Shown piece after piece: positions 53,382 to 64,000 of a stretch of 64,000 nt of DNA. The position numbers and the translations under genes are program-made. Source of the stretch: Xylographa opegraphella (taxonomy: Eukaryota); contig JALDZX010000016.1 of assembly GCA_022813865.1 (NCBI GenBank), positions 310,001 to 374,000 of the forward strand, in the 5' to 3' direction. A model generated the notes under the pieces. It searched no databases and was not told the origin of the DNA. It was given only the letters and a program-made list of their open reading frames with translations. Numbering within the stretch: position 1 is the stretch's first letter; each line of letters begins with the position of its first letter.

Positions 53382-56300
53382 AGCGGAGCCTAATGAGCGA
53401 ATCTCGGTCCGTCTTTCATGACTTGCAAACGGGCCCCGAACTGACCAGAGACCACAGGTCGGTGGCTGCCACGTGGATAATCGACTAATGACATGGAGGT
53501 GGTAATGATCAGGGATGAGGGATTAATTAACGAGGGCAGCGCTAGGACCGCTCCGCCCGCACCAGATGGCATGATTGACGAAGGACACGATTGCGCTGGG
53601 CACGATAACGGCAAATGTACCAGTTCATTAGCTGAATCTAAAAAGCCCATGAACCTGAAGCAACTGTCGCATCTTGCGGCTTGGAGTGATTATTCATCAG
53701 TGCCGCATGTCTGACGTGGTAGAACGCCGCCTCACTTCGTAGTTGCACGATCTCTCCAGCGTGGTCCAGCAGCGGCAGCACGAGATCGTGGGCTCGAAGC
53801 TTGATGCTCCTCCCTGGCTCTCTACGCAGTAGTAGAGGGTGTTCGAGAAAGTCTCCGAGTCGCAGCTGCGGAGTGTTTTCGTCGCCGATCTTTTAAACTA
53901 CCCAGTGATTCCTCGCACGTGGCTCTCCGCTTTCTGTAACACTGTAGCACACTGCCTACACATCAGTCCAGACTGCCTCGTACGAACTCCGGGTCGTGCG
54001 TCCCTCCAACAACCCGAGCATCGCACATAGCCTCCCTCGCTCTCTGTCTCTCTCTCGCTCGCTCGGCGAGGTCAAGCCCTCGTACCAGACGCACGCCCCG
54101 CACCGCATTGGCGAGAGACGTCAACACGACCTGCTGTGATCCCGCTCACCCGACCTGTCACCCTCAGCGTGGGGACCGATGGCAGCGAGCGCCGCCGCGT
54201 CGACGACCCCACTCATCTCCACTAACAACGGCGGGTGCGACCATGGAGGCTTTCTGCTGGTTGCCAGAACAGCGTGTGAGCGTACAGCGACGAAGCGATT
54301 CCAAACGGTTTCGCACAGCCTCCAGGAACGTGTGAGATTGGTACGTCATTCAGCCATCAGGGCACGGGGGGTTAAGTGATCGTGGGATCCCGATTTCTAC
54401 TTGCATGTCACAGCTTGGGGGCAGCAGGGTGGTGGTCGTGCCGTCTTTCTGCGCGCCATCGAGGGGGATACGATTGCCCTCTCCGTCGTCGATGCTATCG
54501 ATAAATCGTAGCTGTGGGAAGGTGGTGGTGGTGGTGGTGGTGAGGGCACAAGGCTCCGCCCCCACCCCACATAATGTTCCGACGCTCACGATTCATTTGG
54601 TTGCTTGCTAATACTGCAGACGCACTTGAGCCGCGACTTTGTAAGCACGCAGAAGCTATTAATAGCAGACGCAATGGAAAGTCGTTACCAGTGACCGTGT
54701 GCTTGCCCCGGCCACGGTCGAGGGCAGACAGCGGTACTCCGCCACCCCGCTGAACAGGCTATGGTCCAGTCCGGGTGTAGCTTGCTGTGGGGAATGCTAA
54801 CTTGGAGCGGAGTCGGGACGGGCCACGAGGGGAGACCGCGTTCGCGAGGGGTGAAACAACCGCAGGCAGGTGCATGGACTTACGAGTGGGAGAAGGGAGC
54901 GTTCGAACAACAGCGCGCCAAAGAAGATGCTGTGTTTTCCGGAAGCCTCCTGTCATCGTCCACCGGGGGAGAGGGCCAGGGTGGCAGTGAAAAGCTGTGA
55001 TCGAGCTGTGGTCGAGGACAGGGACGCATAAAACAGCAGGATGACATGGGGCTGCTCTCTTGCCGCATGAGCCCTGATGCATGGAAGCTTTGAACGAGAT
55101 TGGGAGTGGTGCATGCACACAATCTGTCGCAGCCCTGAGCAGCAGAAGAAGATTCTACGTGATTGAAGCTTAATCCCCGACCGTTGTCGCCTGGGCGATT
55201 GACAATAGCAACAAAAGCATGCATGGACCGATTTGGCATCGCAGGGTCAAATGTCCGTTGCGCTGAAGATAGCGGGCGAGCAGGCAGTTCTGGCGGACGT
55301 CTATTTGGGTGATGAAGCCGACCTCACCGGGGGACTGATGGAGGTGCCTTTTGTCCGTCGTTGGTGGGAGACTCCACTCACACCCACACCCACACCCTCA
55401 CACACTCACTCTCCCACTCTCTCCCACTCTGACACTCTCTCCCCTCTCCCCTTCGTGCACGGCGGCGGGAGTTTGGTTTTCTATTTTTAGATCCCCAGCC
55501 CTAAGCCCACGATGCAGAACTCCGCCTTGGCCGGATCGGGCATAGCAGCGGCAGGCTAGAGCGTTCGTGGACGCTGGACATCAGATTGCGGCTCCCTCCA
55601 AGCCAGAGTAAGCGCCGGCCAACAACGACGACCAGCCACGATTCTACTGAGCTCTTTCTACACGGACCAGATGGCCCTCGAAGCCAATGGCCCGCTCGCG
55701 ATGAACCGTCCTCGTCCAGGGTGGAGAGCACCATCTCCATCATCCTAATCCCCCCACCCACCGCCAGTCTAAGAACAGAAACACAAGCTCGACAAACCCC
55801 ACTGGGGGCCCGGGGATTGGGTCTCCCGGGCGCCCTTGAAGCTATTCCTCCATCACCCCCCCTCTTCCCCCCAGTCCACTGTTCGGCGGTCAGGAAAGTG
55901 GCCGCGTTTCAGCTTTGGAAGTTGCTAAAGAAAGACTCCTCCGAATTCGAAACACACTCTCCAGCAGACGAGCGTCAATGAGCGTGCAAGCGGTCCGTCC
56001 AATATGCACGCACTCTAAGGTTGGAAGACATAAGTATCTTTGACTTCGCCCACTGATGTCGGGGGTCTCGAGATGCAGCAGACCTGGGACCATACGCAGC
56101 ACCTTGTTGATTCCACCTTGCATTCTTCCGTCGTCGCCGTCCCTTTCCTTGACCGTCTCGCGCTTTTCCTGCATTCCGGGCACCCTTGCCCTCGCTAAAG
56201 TTCGCTTCTTGCTTCCAGATTCTAATACGTATACCTTCGTTTGCTCCCTCCCTTTCTCTCTCGCTCTCAGTCTACCGTTTCATCTTCATATATCATCTCC

Positions 56301-56403
56301 ACCCTAGACCCATCGTGCATCTCAGCTTTCCAGCTTACGGCACGGTACTCGTCACCTATCTTTTATATATGAACATCTTCTTCCTTTCCCGCCCCCCTTA
56401 TCG

Positions 56404-57526
56404 ATGATTATGCCCAAAGAATTGAAGGCAGCCAACAACTCTCACCGCTCCAACCCCTATCCCCTCGGCAACAACATGTCACTCCACTCCAATCGCCCTC
56501 TCGCACACAACTCCATGCCTCCCGTCACCAACGACCGGCCCCCAGCCGCCTGGTCGCCCATGGACGACGAGCTCCTGAAGCAGGCACGTGCACAAAACAT
56601 GAACTGGGCCCCCATCGCCACCAAGTACTTCCCGCACAAGACTCCGAACGCCTGCCGCAAGAGGCACGAGCGGCTGATGGAGAAGAAGAACGCCGAGAAC
56701 TGCGACGGCGTCAAGTTCGAGGAGCTGGCCAGAGCGTATGTCGAGTGCCGGGAACAGATGTGGAAGATCCTGGGCGACAAGGTGGGCGAGAAGTGGCAGC
56801 ACGTGGAGACGAAGGTGTGCTTTCCCCCCTTTCAGATACCATCTCCTCACCGCCTTCCCATCGCTTCACACATCAACAGCTTCCTCACCCCTCCGTCCTC
56901 TCCCCCCTCTCTCAACCCCCCTCCCCCAACCGATGCCCCACCCAGACCCCCTGCCGACTAACCCACGTCCACAGTGCATGGAAAAGGGCCTCAAGACCAT
57001 CATCTCCGCCGCCCGCCCCCGCCGCGCCAAAGCCTCCACGTCCCCGACGTCTCCCCTCCCCTCCGAGCACGACCACGACCCAGACCCCGACTTCGACGAC
57101 TCCGGCCTCGGCCCCGACGGTCCCGGCAGCTCCCCCCACGGCGGCGGCAACGGCAGCGGCAACATCGGCAGCGGCGGCCTGAACCCAGAGCCACTGCGCC
57201 ACCAGCGGCAGCACTCGAGTCAGCACAGCTCCGGGCAGCCCTCCCACCACGGCTCCTCGCTCCAGAGCACGCCCGGCGCCTCCTACGCCAGCCTGCAGTC
57301 GGGCTACAGCGAACCACCACCCCCCACCGCCGCCGCCGCCGCCGCCGCCAACTACCCGTCCAACTACCTGCCCACCCTGCAGCACCAGCAGGCGCACCAC
57401 CCGCACCCGTACCACCCGCACGCCTCGCGCCTGCCCAGCTTCAGCTCCGGCTTCGGCGAGCAGCAGATGCCGGGCCTGGCGCAGATCTTCGCCGGCCCGG
57501 GCGCGCCCATCTCCGCTAGCTACTGA
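56404..57526 (+). CDS. Single Myb/SANT-domain protein; 2 exons
   Basis: WSPMDDELLKQARAQNMNWAPIATKYFPHKTPNACRKRHERLM...GEKWQHVETK/CMEKGLKTI; intron 56815-56974 (GTGTGC...ACTAAC...CAG); start at 56404 or 56410. Confidence 0.88.
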
Positions 57527-58235
57527 CCCCGGCGACGGGCGGTTCGTGGGTGTGTGAGGGGACAAAGGGCGCTGGCTTCGGTGGTGGGGGGTTGAGTTGT
57601 CCTGATCTGCGGATTTCGCTGATGTCGGTATATTGGCTTACCTTACCTGCTGGTATGCCGACTTACCTACCTACACTACACTACCAACCTCCCTCCTACC
57701 CACCCCTCCCCCCGCCCCACCGACTCACACTCCACCACCACCCCCCACTTCAATGTATTTGTACCACCACCACCACCAACGGGGATACGAGAAAAGAAAA
57801 ACGGATTTGTCACGGGAACGGCATGATACGATAACGATACGATACGCTAGCGCATAGAGAAAAAAAGACGGACAGGAAAAAAGAGATCGCGGGGAGCGCG
57901 GAGTCCTCTTGTGGGCGGAGTTTTCTTCGGTGGGGGGGCATCTGGGCGTGTTTTTTCCCCCCCGTTTCATATCTTTCGCAGCCTTTTTTCTTTAATTTTT
58001 TTTTTCCTTCCTTGGCTCGCTTTGCGCTTTCTTTTCTTTCTTTTCTTTGTCTGTGCGCTGCTTTGGGGGGAGGTGGGGGCGCAGGGCAGCGGAGCTTGGG
58101 GGTGGGGTTGGAGGTTGTGTATGTGTATGTGTATGGTGGAATGGGTTCCCTTACGGTCGCTGTGCATGTGGGGGTGGGGGTGGGGGAGGGGAGGAGAGAG
58201 CGGGCGGGCTTGGGAGTGGGGACTTGGAGTAGAGG

Positions 58236-58333
58236 ATGAATGGATGTATTAATTGAATGGATGAATTGATGAATTGATGAATTGCGTTTCATCGGATCGG
58301 ATCGGATTGGATCGGGTCGTATCGGATCGGATC
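58236..58333. repeat. (ATGA/ATTG)n followed by (ATCGG)n short repeats between convergent genes
   Basis: atcggatcggatcggattggatcgggtcgtatcggatcggatc preceded by atgaattgatgaattgatgaattg. Confidence 0.8.
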
Positions 58334-58495
58334 AACTCCGCGAACCTGACATGCAGCGCGCATGCAACCCTTCCCCATGACTCCACACCTCAGAGCACCT
58401 ACATACATCATGCTCGCATTCAGATCCACACCTTCCCATCACCTTTCCCTGCCCATCCCACCATCCTCCCCAAGACATGCCCCACGCCCCACCCT

Positions 58496-60144
58496 CTACC
58501 TCCGCACCCACCCCCCAACGCCCAACACCCCGCCATCGGCCCCCCGCTCATCGAGCCCCCACTTCCGCAGCGCCCGCACGCCGAGCGCGCTCGCCCAGCC
58601 GGCCTCCCACATCTCCAGCCCGGCCCACGCGATCATGGCCGCGTTGTCGGTGCACAACGCCGGAGGGGGCACGACGATCTGCACGTGCGGGAAGCCGCGG
58701 GCGGTGAGGAAGGCGCGGAGGCTGAGGTGAGGTATAGGAGTTAGCGGGAGGTTGGGAGGGTGGAGAGGGTATTGAGAGATAGGGGGAGGGGGGGAAGAGG
58801 GGCAGAGAGGTGGATGGAGAGATCGCGATGGGGTTACGAAGTAGGGATGGACGCAGGGGTTTCGAGGGCTGGTTAGAGGGCGGGGGAGACGTACACGGCT
58901 CTGAGGAATCTGTTAGCCGCTACTCCGCCGCTGACGACGAGCACTTCTGGTTGCGGTGTCGGCTTCCCGGTAGTTGCGTTCTCTTCGTTACGGGTTCCGA
59001 TATTCTGGAACGCTATGACTACTCGCTCGGCCACGTGCTCAAACGCCACGCGCATGGCCTCTCTTGCGAGGTACCTCCGCTCTTGGAACCCCATCTCCGG
59101 GTCGGTTTCGGTGATCCGCCGCACCGCGCTGTCGAGCCCGCTGAAGCTGTATTCCATGCGGGTACTGCCTTTCCCTCCCCGGGTTTCGGCAAGAGGGGAG
59201 CCAAGAGACCATCCATAGGGCGTAGAATTGCGGGTGATAGATTCGCCCCGTGTAAGCGGTGGGTGGTAGGCATAGTCCGAGTCTCCGTTTGGGAAGCAGA
59301 AGATCTCAAGTAAGCGGCCGTAGGAGATGTTAGCATCATTGGAGGCGATAACGGCCGGGGGAAGGATGACCCGCGCGATTTTGTCGATGAAGTCTCCGAG
59401 AGCGATGTCGGTGGTTGTGGCTAGAAGAGGGTGCTGGGTCAGGGAAGTGGAGTGTAAGAGGAGGGTGTGCCCTCCAGAGAGCAGAACGGAAAGAAAGGGG
59501 AACGGTGGAAATGGCTTGTGTGAGGTGCTTCTTGGGGGCGAGCTGAGCGCGGACACAAGGCGCGGTGTGAGAGCGTGCGCTTGCATGTGGTTTACCCCAA
59601 GCAGAGGGATCTGCCAAGCGATAGCAAGACCTTTGGCAGTATCGAGGCCGGTGGAAAGGGAGGAGCGCATGCCGGGGCCTCGAGTCACGGAAACGAAGTC
59701 GGGTTTGCGCTTCTGGACGTGGCCATCACAGACAAGGATTGCCGAGGTGGACAAAGAGGCATCGTCCACGACACCAGGCAGCGAGAGGAGGCTTTTGGCA
59801 ATCAGGGTACCAAGGCTGCTTTGATGGGAATCAAGGGCTGTGAGGGGGTGTATCCCGCCATACTGCCTGTTGTCTGCTGTAATTTTTTCATGGAAATGAA
59901 GAGTTGCCGAAGGATGGTCTTGAACACCGTCGTGTTTCTCAAGAATGGCCACAGATGTATCATCACTGCGATTTTGTTAGCTCTGGATCGGATCTCAGAC
60001 GCAGGGCTCTAGAATGGAGAAGATAGACCATGATGTTTCAATTGCTAATGTCAACAATGGTCTTCGTGACACCCACAGACCAAGAGCGCTCTTAAAACCA
60101 GAAGAGACAAGAGCATTATGGCGGAATTTGGTCAGAGACTGCAT
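58496..60144 (-). CDS. QRI7: Mitochondrial t6A synthase Qri7/OSGEPL1 (Kae1/TsaD family); 3 exons
   Basis: Basic presequence-like N-terminus, LTLAIETSC/DDTSVAI, YGGIHP, VTRGPG, GVNHMQAHALTPRL, LLSGGHT, SFSGL, VVSGGVAANRFLR, LCTDNAAMIAWAG. Confidence 0.92.
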
Positions 60145-60602
60145 AAGCCATGTACAGATCTTTGATACGGAGTGTGCTCAAGATGGAGCTTTGAGGTACT
60201 GCATAGGTACACAAAGATCCACTAAGTCTTAGCGCGTCATTGATGCTTCGGATAATTCGTAACCTCGGGCTGCGCTATGCTTATAAGATGGAGATAAATC
60301 AATCTCTTCGTTTCGGCTTCTGTCTCATGATGGGTGTGATCTTATTGTTCGAATTTACATGATACGGTGTAGAACTGTCGCCCCGAGAACATTCAAAGGT
60401 TCGGCGTAAAACATTACCAAATTCTGAAGTATGGATAGTAATGATACTTAAAAGCACATCTAAACAATACGACAGTACAATTACTTGGGGCTGGAAATGG
60501 CGACTAATTCTTCATCGGTGTTAGAACTAACTACATCATCTGGCAATATGCTACAGATATACTGAGTCGTGCTATCGGTGATACTGGTTGGAAGCTTTTG
60601 CA

Positions 60603-60654
60603 GATTTGCTTCGGTGATTTGCTTCGGGGATTTGCTTCGGTGATTTGCTTCGGA
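60603..60654. repeat. 13-bp tandem repeat (GATTTGCTTCGGN) x 4
   Basis: gatttgcttcggt gatttgcttcggg gatttgcttcggt gatttgcttcgga. Confidence 0.95.
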
Positions 60655-61013
60655 ATGCCCATCCAGAAGTCACGAGGGTCGTGTAAATGGAATTGTATCT
60701 TGACAACCGTTCAATTGCTATTTTAAAGACACTAAAGAATGCTAGAACACCTTGTGCAGTTCGGAAACATGGACGCTATAGCATTCCATCCCATTGCCGG
60801 ATATGTGACAAAGCCATCGACGCCTTCGCTAAATTACGCTTCCAAATAGCCTCGTCCATGTTACATAGAACTCTCCATCACAAAGGGCACATGTTTCATC
60901 AAATATTGTGTCTCGTGGACGTATTGATCAGAGGAGTGACGGTTATCGCACTCGCGTGGAGCCGAGTCAAGTCTTCCTGGGAAGAATGACGTAAGATAAA
61001 CAAACCGAAGTGA

Positions 61014-62313
61014 TCAGGAGAGTGGATTTCCACAAAATAAGCATATCAGACGCTCATTCCACGTCTTTGGCTTCGCTTTGCTCCTCTTGTCTTCAAAAAT
61101 TACGGTCCCGGTTATCTCCGCATACCCGTCGTCAACAACTTCCCGCGATTTTCTCTCAAGGCGAGCTTCTAGTTGCCCCTTCCAATCAAGAGTTTCACTT
61201 TCTTCCTTCTTTGCTTTAATATTTTTTCTTGATTTGCCTTTCGCCAGACTCGCCTTTCGTACTGTATCGAGGCTCGTCGTTGCATCTGTCCCGCTTACCT
61301 TGGGATTTATCTGGATAGTATCTTCCAACTGCTCACTACTTTTAACTTTGCTCGTATCGTTGGATGAATCTAATTGAATACCGTTCAGACGGGACCATAC
61401 TCTATCGGTAGCAGCCTTCAGGAGACAGTCTTCATGCATCCATTTCCCGCAGCCATCACTGGCACAATGAACCAGAAGCTTTTCCGGATTATGGTACTGC
61501 TTACATACACAGTATATTCTCAATGGCTTGAGATCACTATCAGTGTATACTTAAATATCGTGTGAAGTGTTTTCTTACGGAGAGTGTTTTAGTTCTAAAG
61601 TCGAACTTCTGCCTCCAGTAGAGTCCTGTTACAGTCGGTGCATCATCTTGCTCAACAAGGTGTGTTACCTCGGCCATTCCAGAAACCGTCATTGCATCAA
61701 TTATGTCCATGTGATTACTGGCCACCAGCTCCGATTTTCCATGGTAATGCTCTTGCCCTAATGGCAGCTCTGTGGGCCAGTACATCCAATAGACTCGCAA
61801 ATAAACAGCACTCGGACTGGAAGCGCGCACTTCTAGTACATGTGCGATCCAAAACTGCCTTTCGTCTTCTATCACTTTTACTGATGCCGAAGACCCGTGG
61901 TTGACGTAAATGAAGTCGTGAATGCCGAACTGCTTGTCCGAAACTGCCCGGTACGGCTCAGCTCTGGCAGTAGGAACCAGCAACTGCAACAGACACATAC
62001 CAATGAAGTTTTTGTACTTTCTCATGCTGTCCCATAACGAACCAGGCAAAATCATGTATGCTGTAGCAGGATCGAACTGCGTTAGACCTACCCCATCTTT
62101 TGCAGCTGTATGGTCCTTGTAGTCTATATTATCCTTTGCGCCTGTTCGCTTCTTCCTTGGTTTCACATCTCCTGGCTTGACATACACAATTGTGAAAGGC
62201 GAAGAAGTAACGGGTACAACTTCCAACTCTATTTGCGGCGTTTCCGATCGATCTTCGGCTTCGTTACTTGTCGACGTGGCATAGGATTCCCGCTTGCGCT
62301 TTTGGGACACCAT
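61014..62313 (-). CDS. BAH + split-PHD chromatin reader (EPR-1/BP1, EBS/SHL-like); 3 exons
   Basis: BAH FWIAHVLEVRA..VYLRVYWMYWPTELP..YHGKSELVASNHMDIIDAMTV; PHD CVC..NP..C....CGKWMHEDC with the last CLFC pair about 130 aa later. Confidence 0.85.
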
Positions 62314-62969
62314 TGTGGAGAACACAGAGGTTGGTGTGATAGCAGGCTCCTTGGGTATATCTTTTTGCGGTAAGTATGTGCATAAGGAGCGCCCCAACTG
62401 TAAGAAAGAGAACAGAAGTAACTACATCGCAATTTGTCAGTGAATTTGTGCAAAGCTGACTTGACATGGCTTAGAAACAAACCTGCTTTATGTTGACGAC
62501 CAGCCTCTAATACATTCGGAGAAGGTAAGAGAAGCGCAGACGAAGCAGCATTGTCAGAGCTGGCACGCGGTATCACGATGAATCGTGTATCGGAATAGGT
62601 TGTGCCGTCAGGCGCGTCATACAGAGAGTGGAGGTTGGAGTGAAAATACAAGACCGGCCAGTATTAAACCTTGCAGCGCTAAGTCTTCCGCGCGTTAGCG
62701 TGCAGAACTACTCACAAGTGAGGAATGTTGGTTATCGGCAAAAGTTTCCTCCTCAAAAAGCCAAAAAAAGCTGTAAAATAGCATGGGCATTGATCGTGCA
62801 GTGAATAAGAAGATAGATACCGAAGGTTCTAGCATTCTTGAAGGTAACTAATACTCCGGCTTTAGCGATTTTATGACACAAGCGACTGTACGGAGTATTC
62901 AAAGGGGTAAAAAAACATCACGAGCACGAGAGGGTCTCAGTGTGATTCTTACCGTATATAAGCTTCGAT

Positions 62970-63565
62970 TTAAGCAGGCCGTCTCCTGACGAACTCTTCC
63001 AGATCACCCTTCGTAGCGACACCAAGTACAAATCTTCGTGCCCCGTCTGTGACAACTGCGAAGTCCTGCGGTTCACTACCATTTACCCCACCGTTGAAAA
63101 ACTCTTCGAGTTCCTCCAGCGGTGTGTCCATTGTGATGACCTTATAGACACTCCCCTTTCTTCTAAATTTTTGCATGGCTTTATCCACAGAATCGTTGTC
63201 CCTCACTGTTCCATTCTTCAACAGCTGTTTGAGTCTGGGGATATTGAGATAGCCAAGTAATGCTCGAGTATCCTCTGAGACGACAGTCAAATGCGTATAA
63301 TCTCGTTCGTATGCATTAAGCAGAGCTGTTGAAATTGGATCGGTGGGCTTGGAGGAAAGTGCTGGTGGCGGATCCAGGTCTTCAACCGTAGCCTATGAAG
63401 AAGATTCCGGTCAGCAAGCTGTTGTACTCTCGGCAATCTAAAAATACTTACACCACGATATTTATCAGCCCAAGATGATTTGGTTGGTATGATTGGAATC
63501 TCCGGATCAGCCTGAGGACCAACGAAGTCCTGCATAGCCGGCCGCAACGACGATGCCGATGACAT
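62970..63565 (-). CDS. Small CBS-domain protein; 2 coding exons
   Basis: WADKYRG/ATVEDLDPPPALSSKPTDPISTALLNAYERDYTHLTVV..RALLGYL..VITMDTPLEELEEFF..FAVVTDGARRFVLGVATKGDLEEFVRRRPA*; intron GTAAGT...GCTGAC...TAG. Confidence 0.8.
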
Positions 63566-64000
63566 GACTGTAAAAGGATTATGCTATTAGAGACACTAGA
63601 TCGTGAGTCTCATTTCATGGGTCGGGTTGTACAGTAATACTGAGCTTGGGTGTATTGAATTCCGAGCGAACGGTGCTAACAACCTTTGTGGTACGAAGTA
63701 CATCAAAGAATCTTTGACCGTAAGGCTGAATAAGGCAGGGATGTGGTACGTCATAGGACGGGCAGCTATCGCCCGACGCCAGTTGGACTCTTCCCCGCTG
63801 CGCGCAACTATTCGCTTTCACAATTCATGCTTGTTAGAACCGTGACCTATTCGCATTGGCTGCTATAGTCGGAGGTCAAGCTTATAATACCGGAAGGATT
63901 GGCTCGTTTCTGAAGGTATACTTGTTTTCTAATCTCTGAAGTAGAACGGATTGATATACCGGAGATAAGAAGTTTACTGCCGGCTGACCTTTTGTCTATG

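Overview
Eukaryotic, intron-containing DNA from a filamentous ascomycete (Pezizomycotina; inferred from short GT-AG introns with CTRAY branch points and FlbD-, GT41- and EPR-1/BP1-like genes). About 18 protein genes are supported: NCBP3-like (runs off the left edge), a Myb-like/PHD/acidic-repeat protein, FlbD-like Myb, O-GlcNAc transferase, RPL12, SEC23, TFC4, VTS1, a triple-WSC protein, a PAS hybrid histidine kinase, an MPD1/PrpA-like PDI, VTA1, a hypothetical protein, a 121-aa SILK/RVxF protein, a second Myb-like protein, QRI7, a BAH-PHD protein and a CBS-domain protein. I found no transposon, rRNA or CRISPR, and most entries in the ORF track are shadows. The best candidate for something undescribed is a Pol III-type tRNA-like gene at 48505-48631: it has A and B boxes, a T8 terminator, a perfect acceptor stem and a long hairpin inserted at the intron position, and its anticodon position reads TTA (ochre). 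Also notable are an 11-mer LEA-like tail on the ER PDI, the small putative PP1 regulator, a U1-mimic hairpin over an RPL12 splice donor and a GC-AG intron in OGT. Several single-base frameshifts at homopolymers suggest assembly errors, so every single-base claim needs read-level confirmation. All family assignments come from motif recognition by eye, not database searches.
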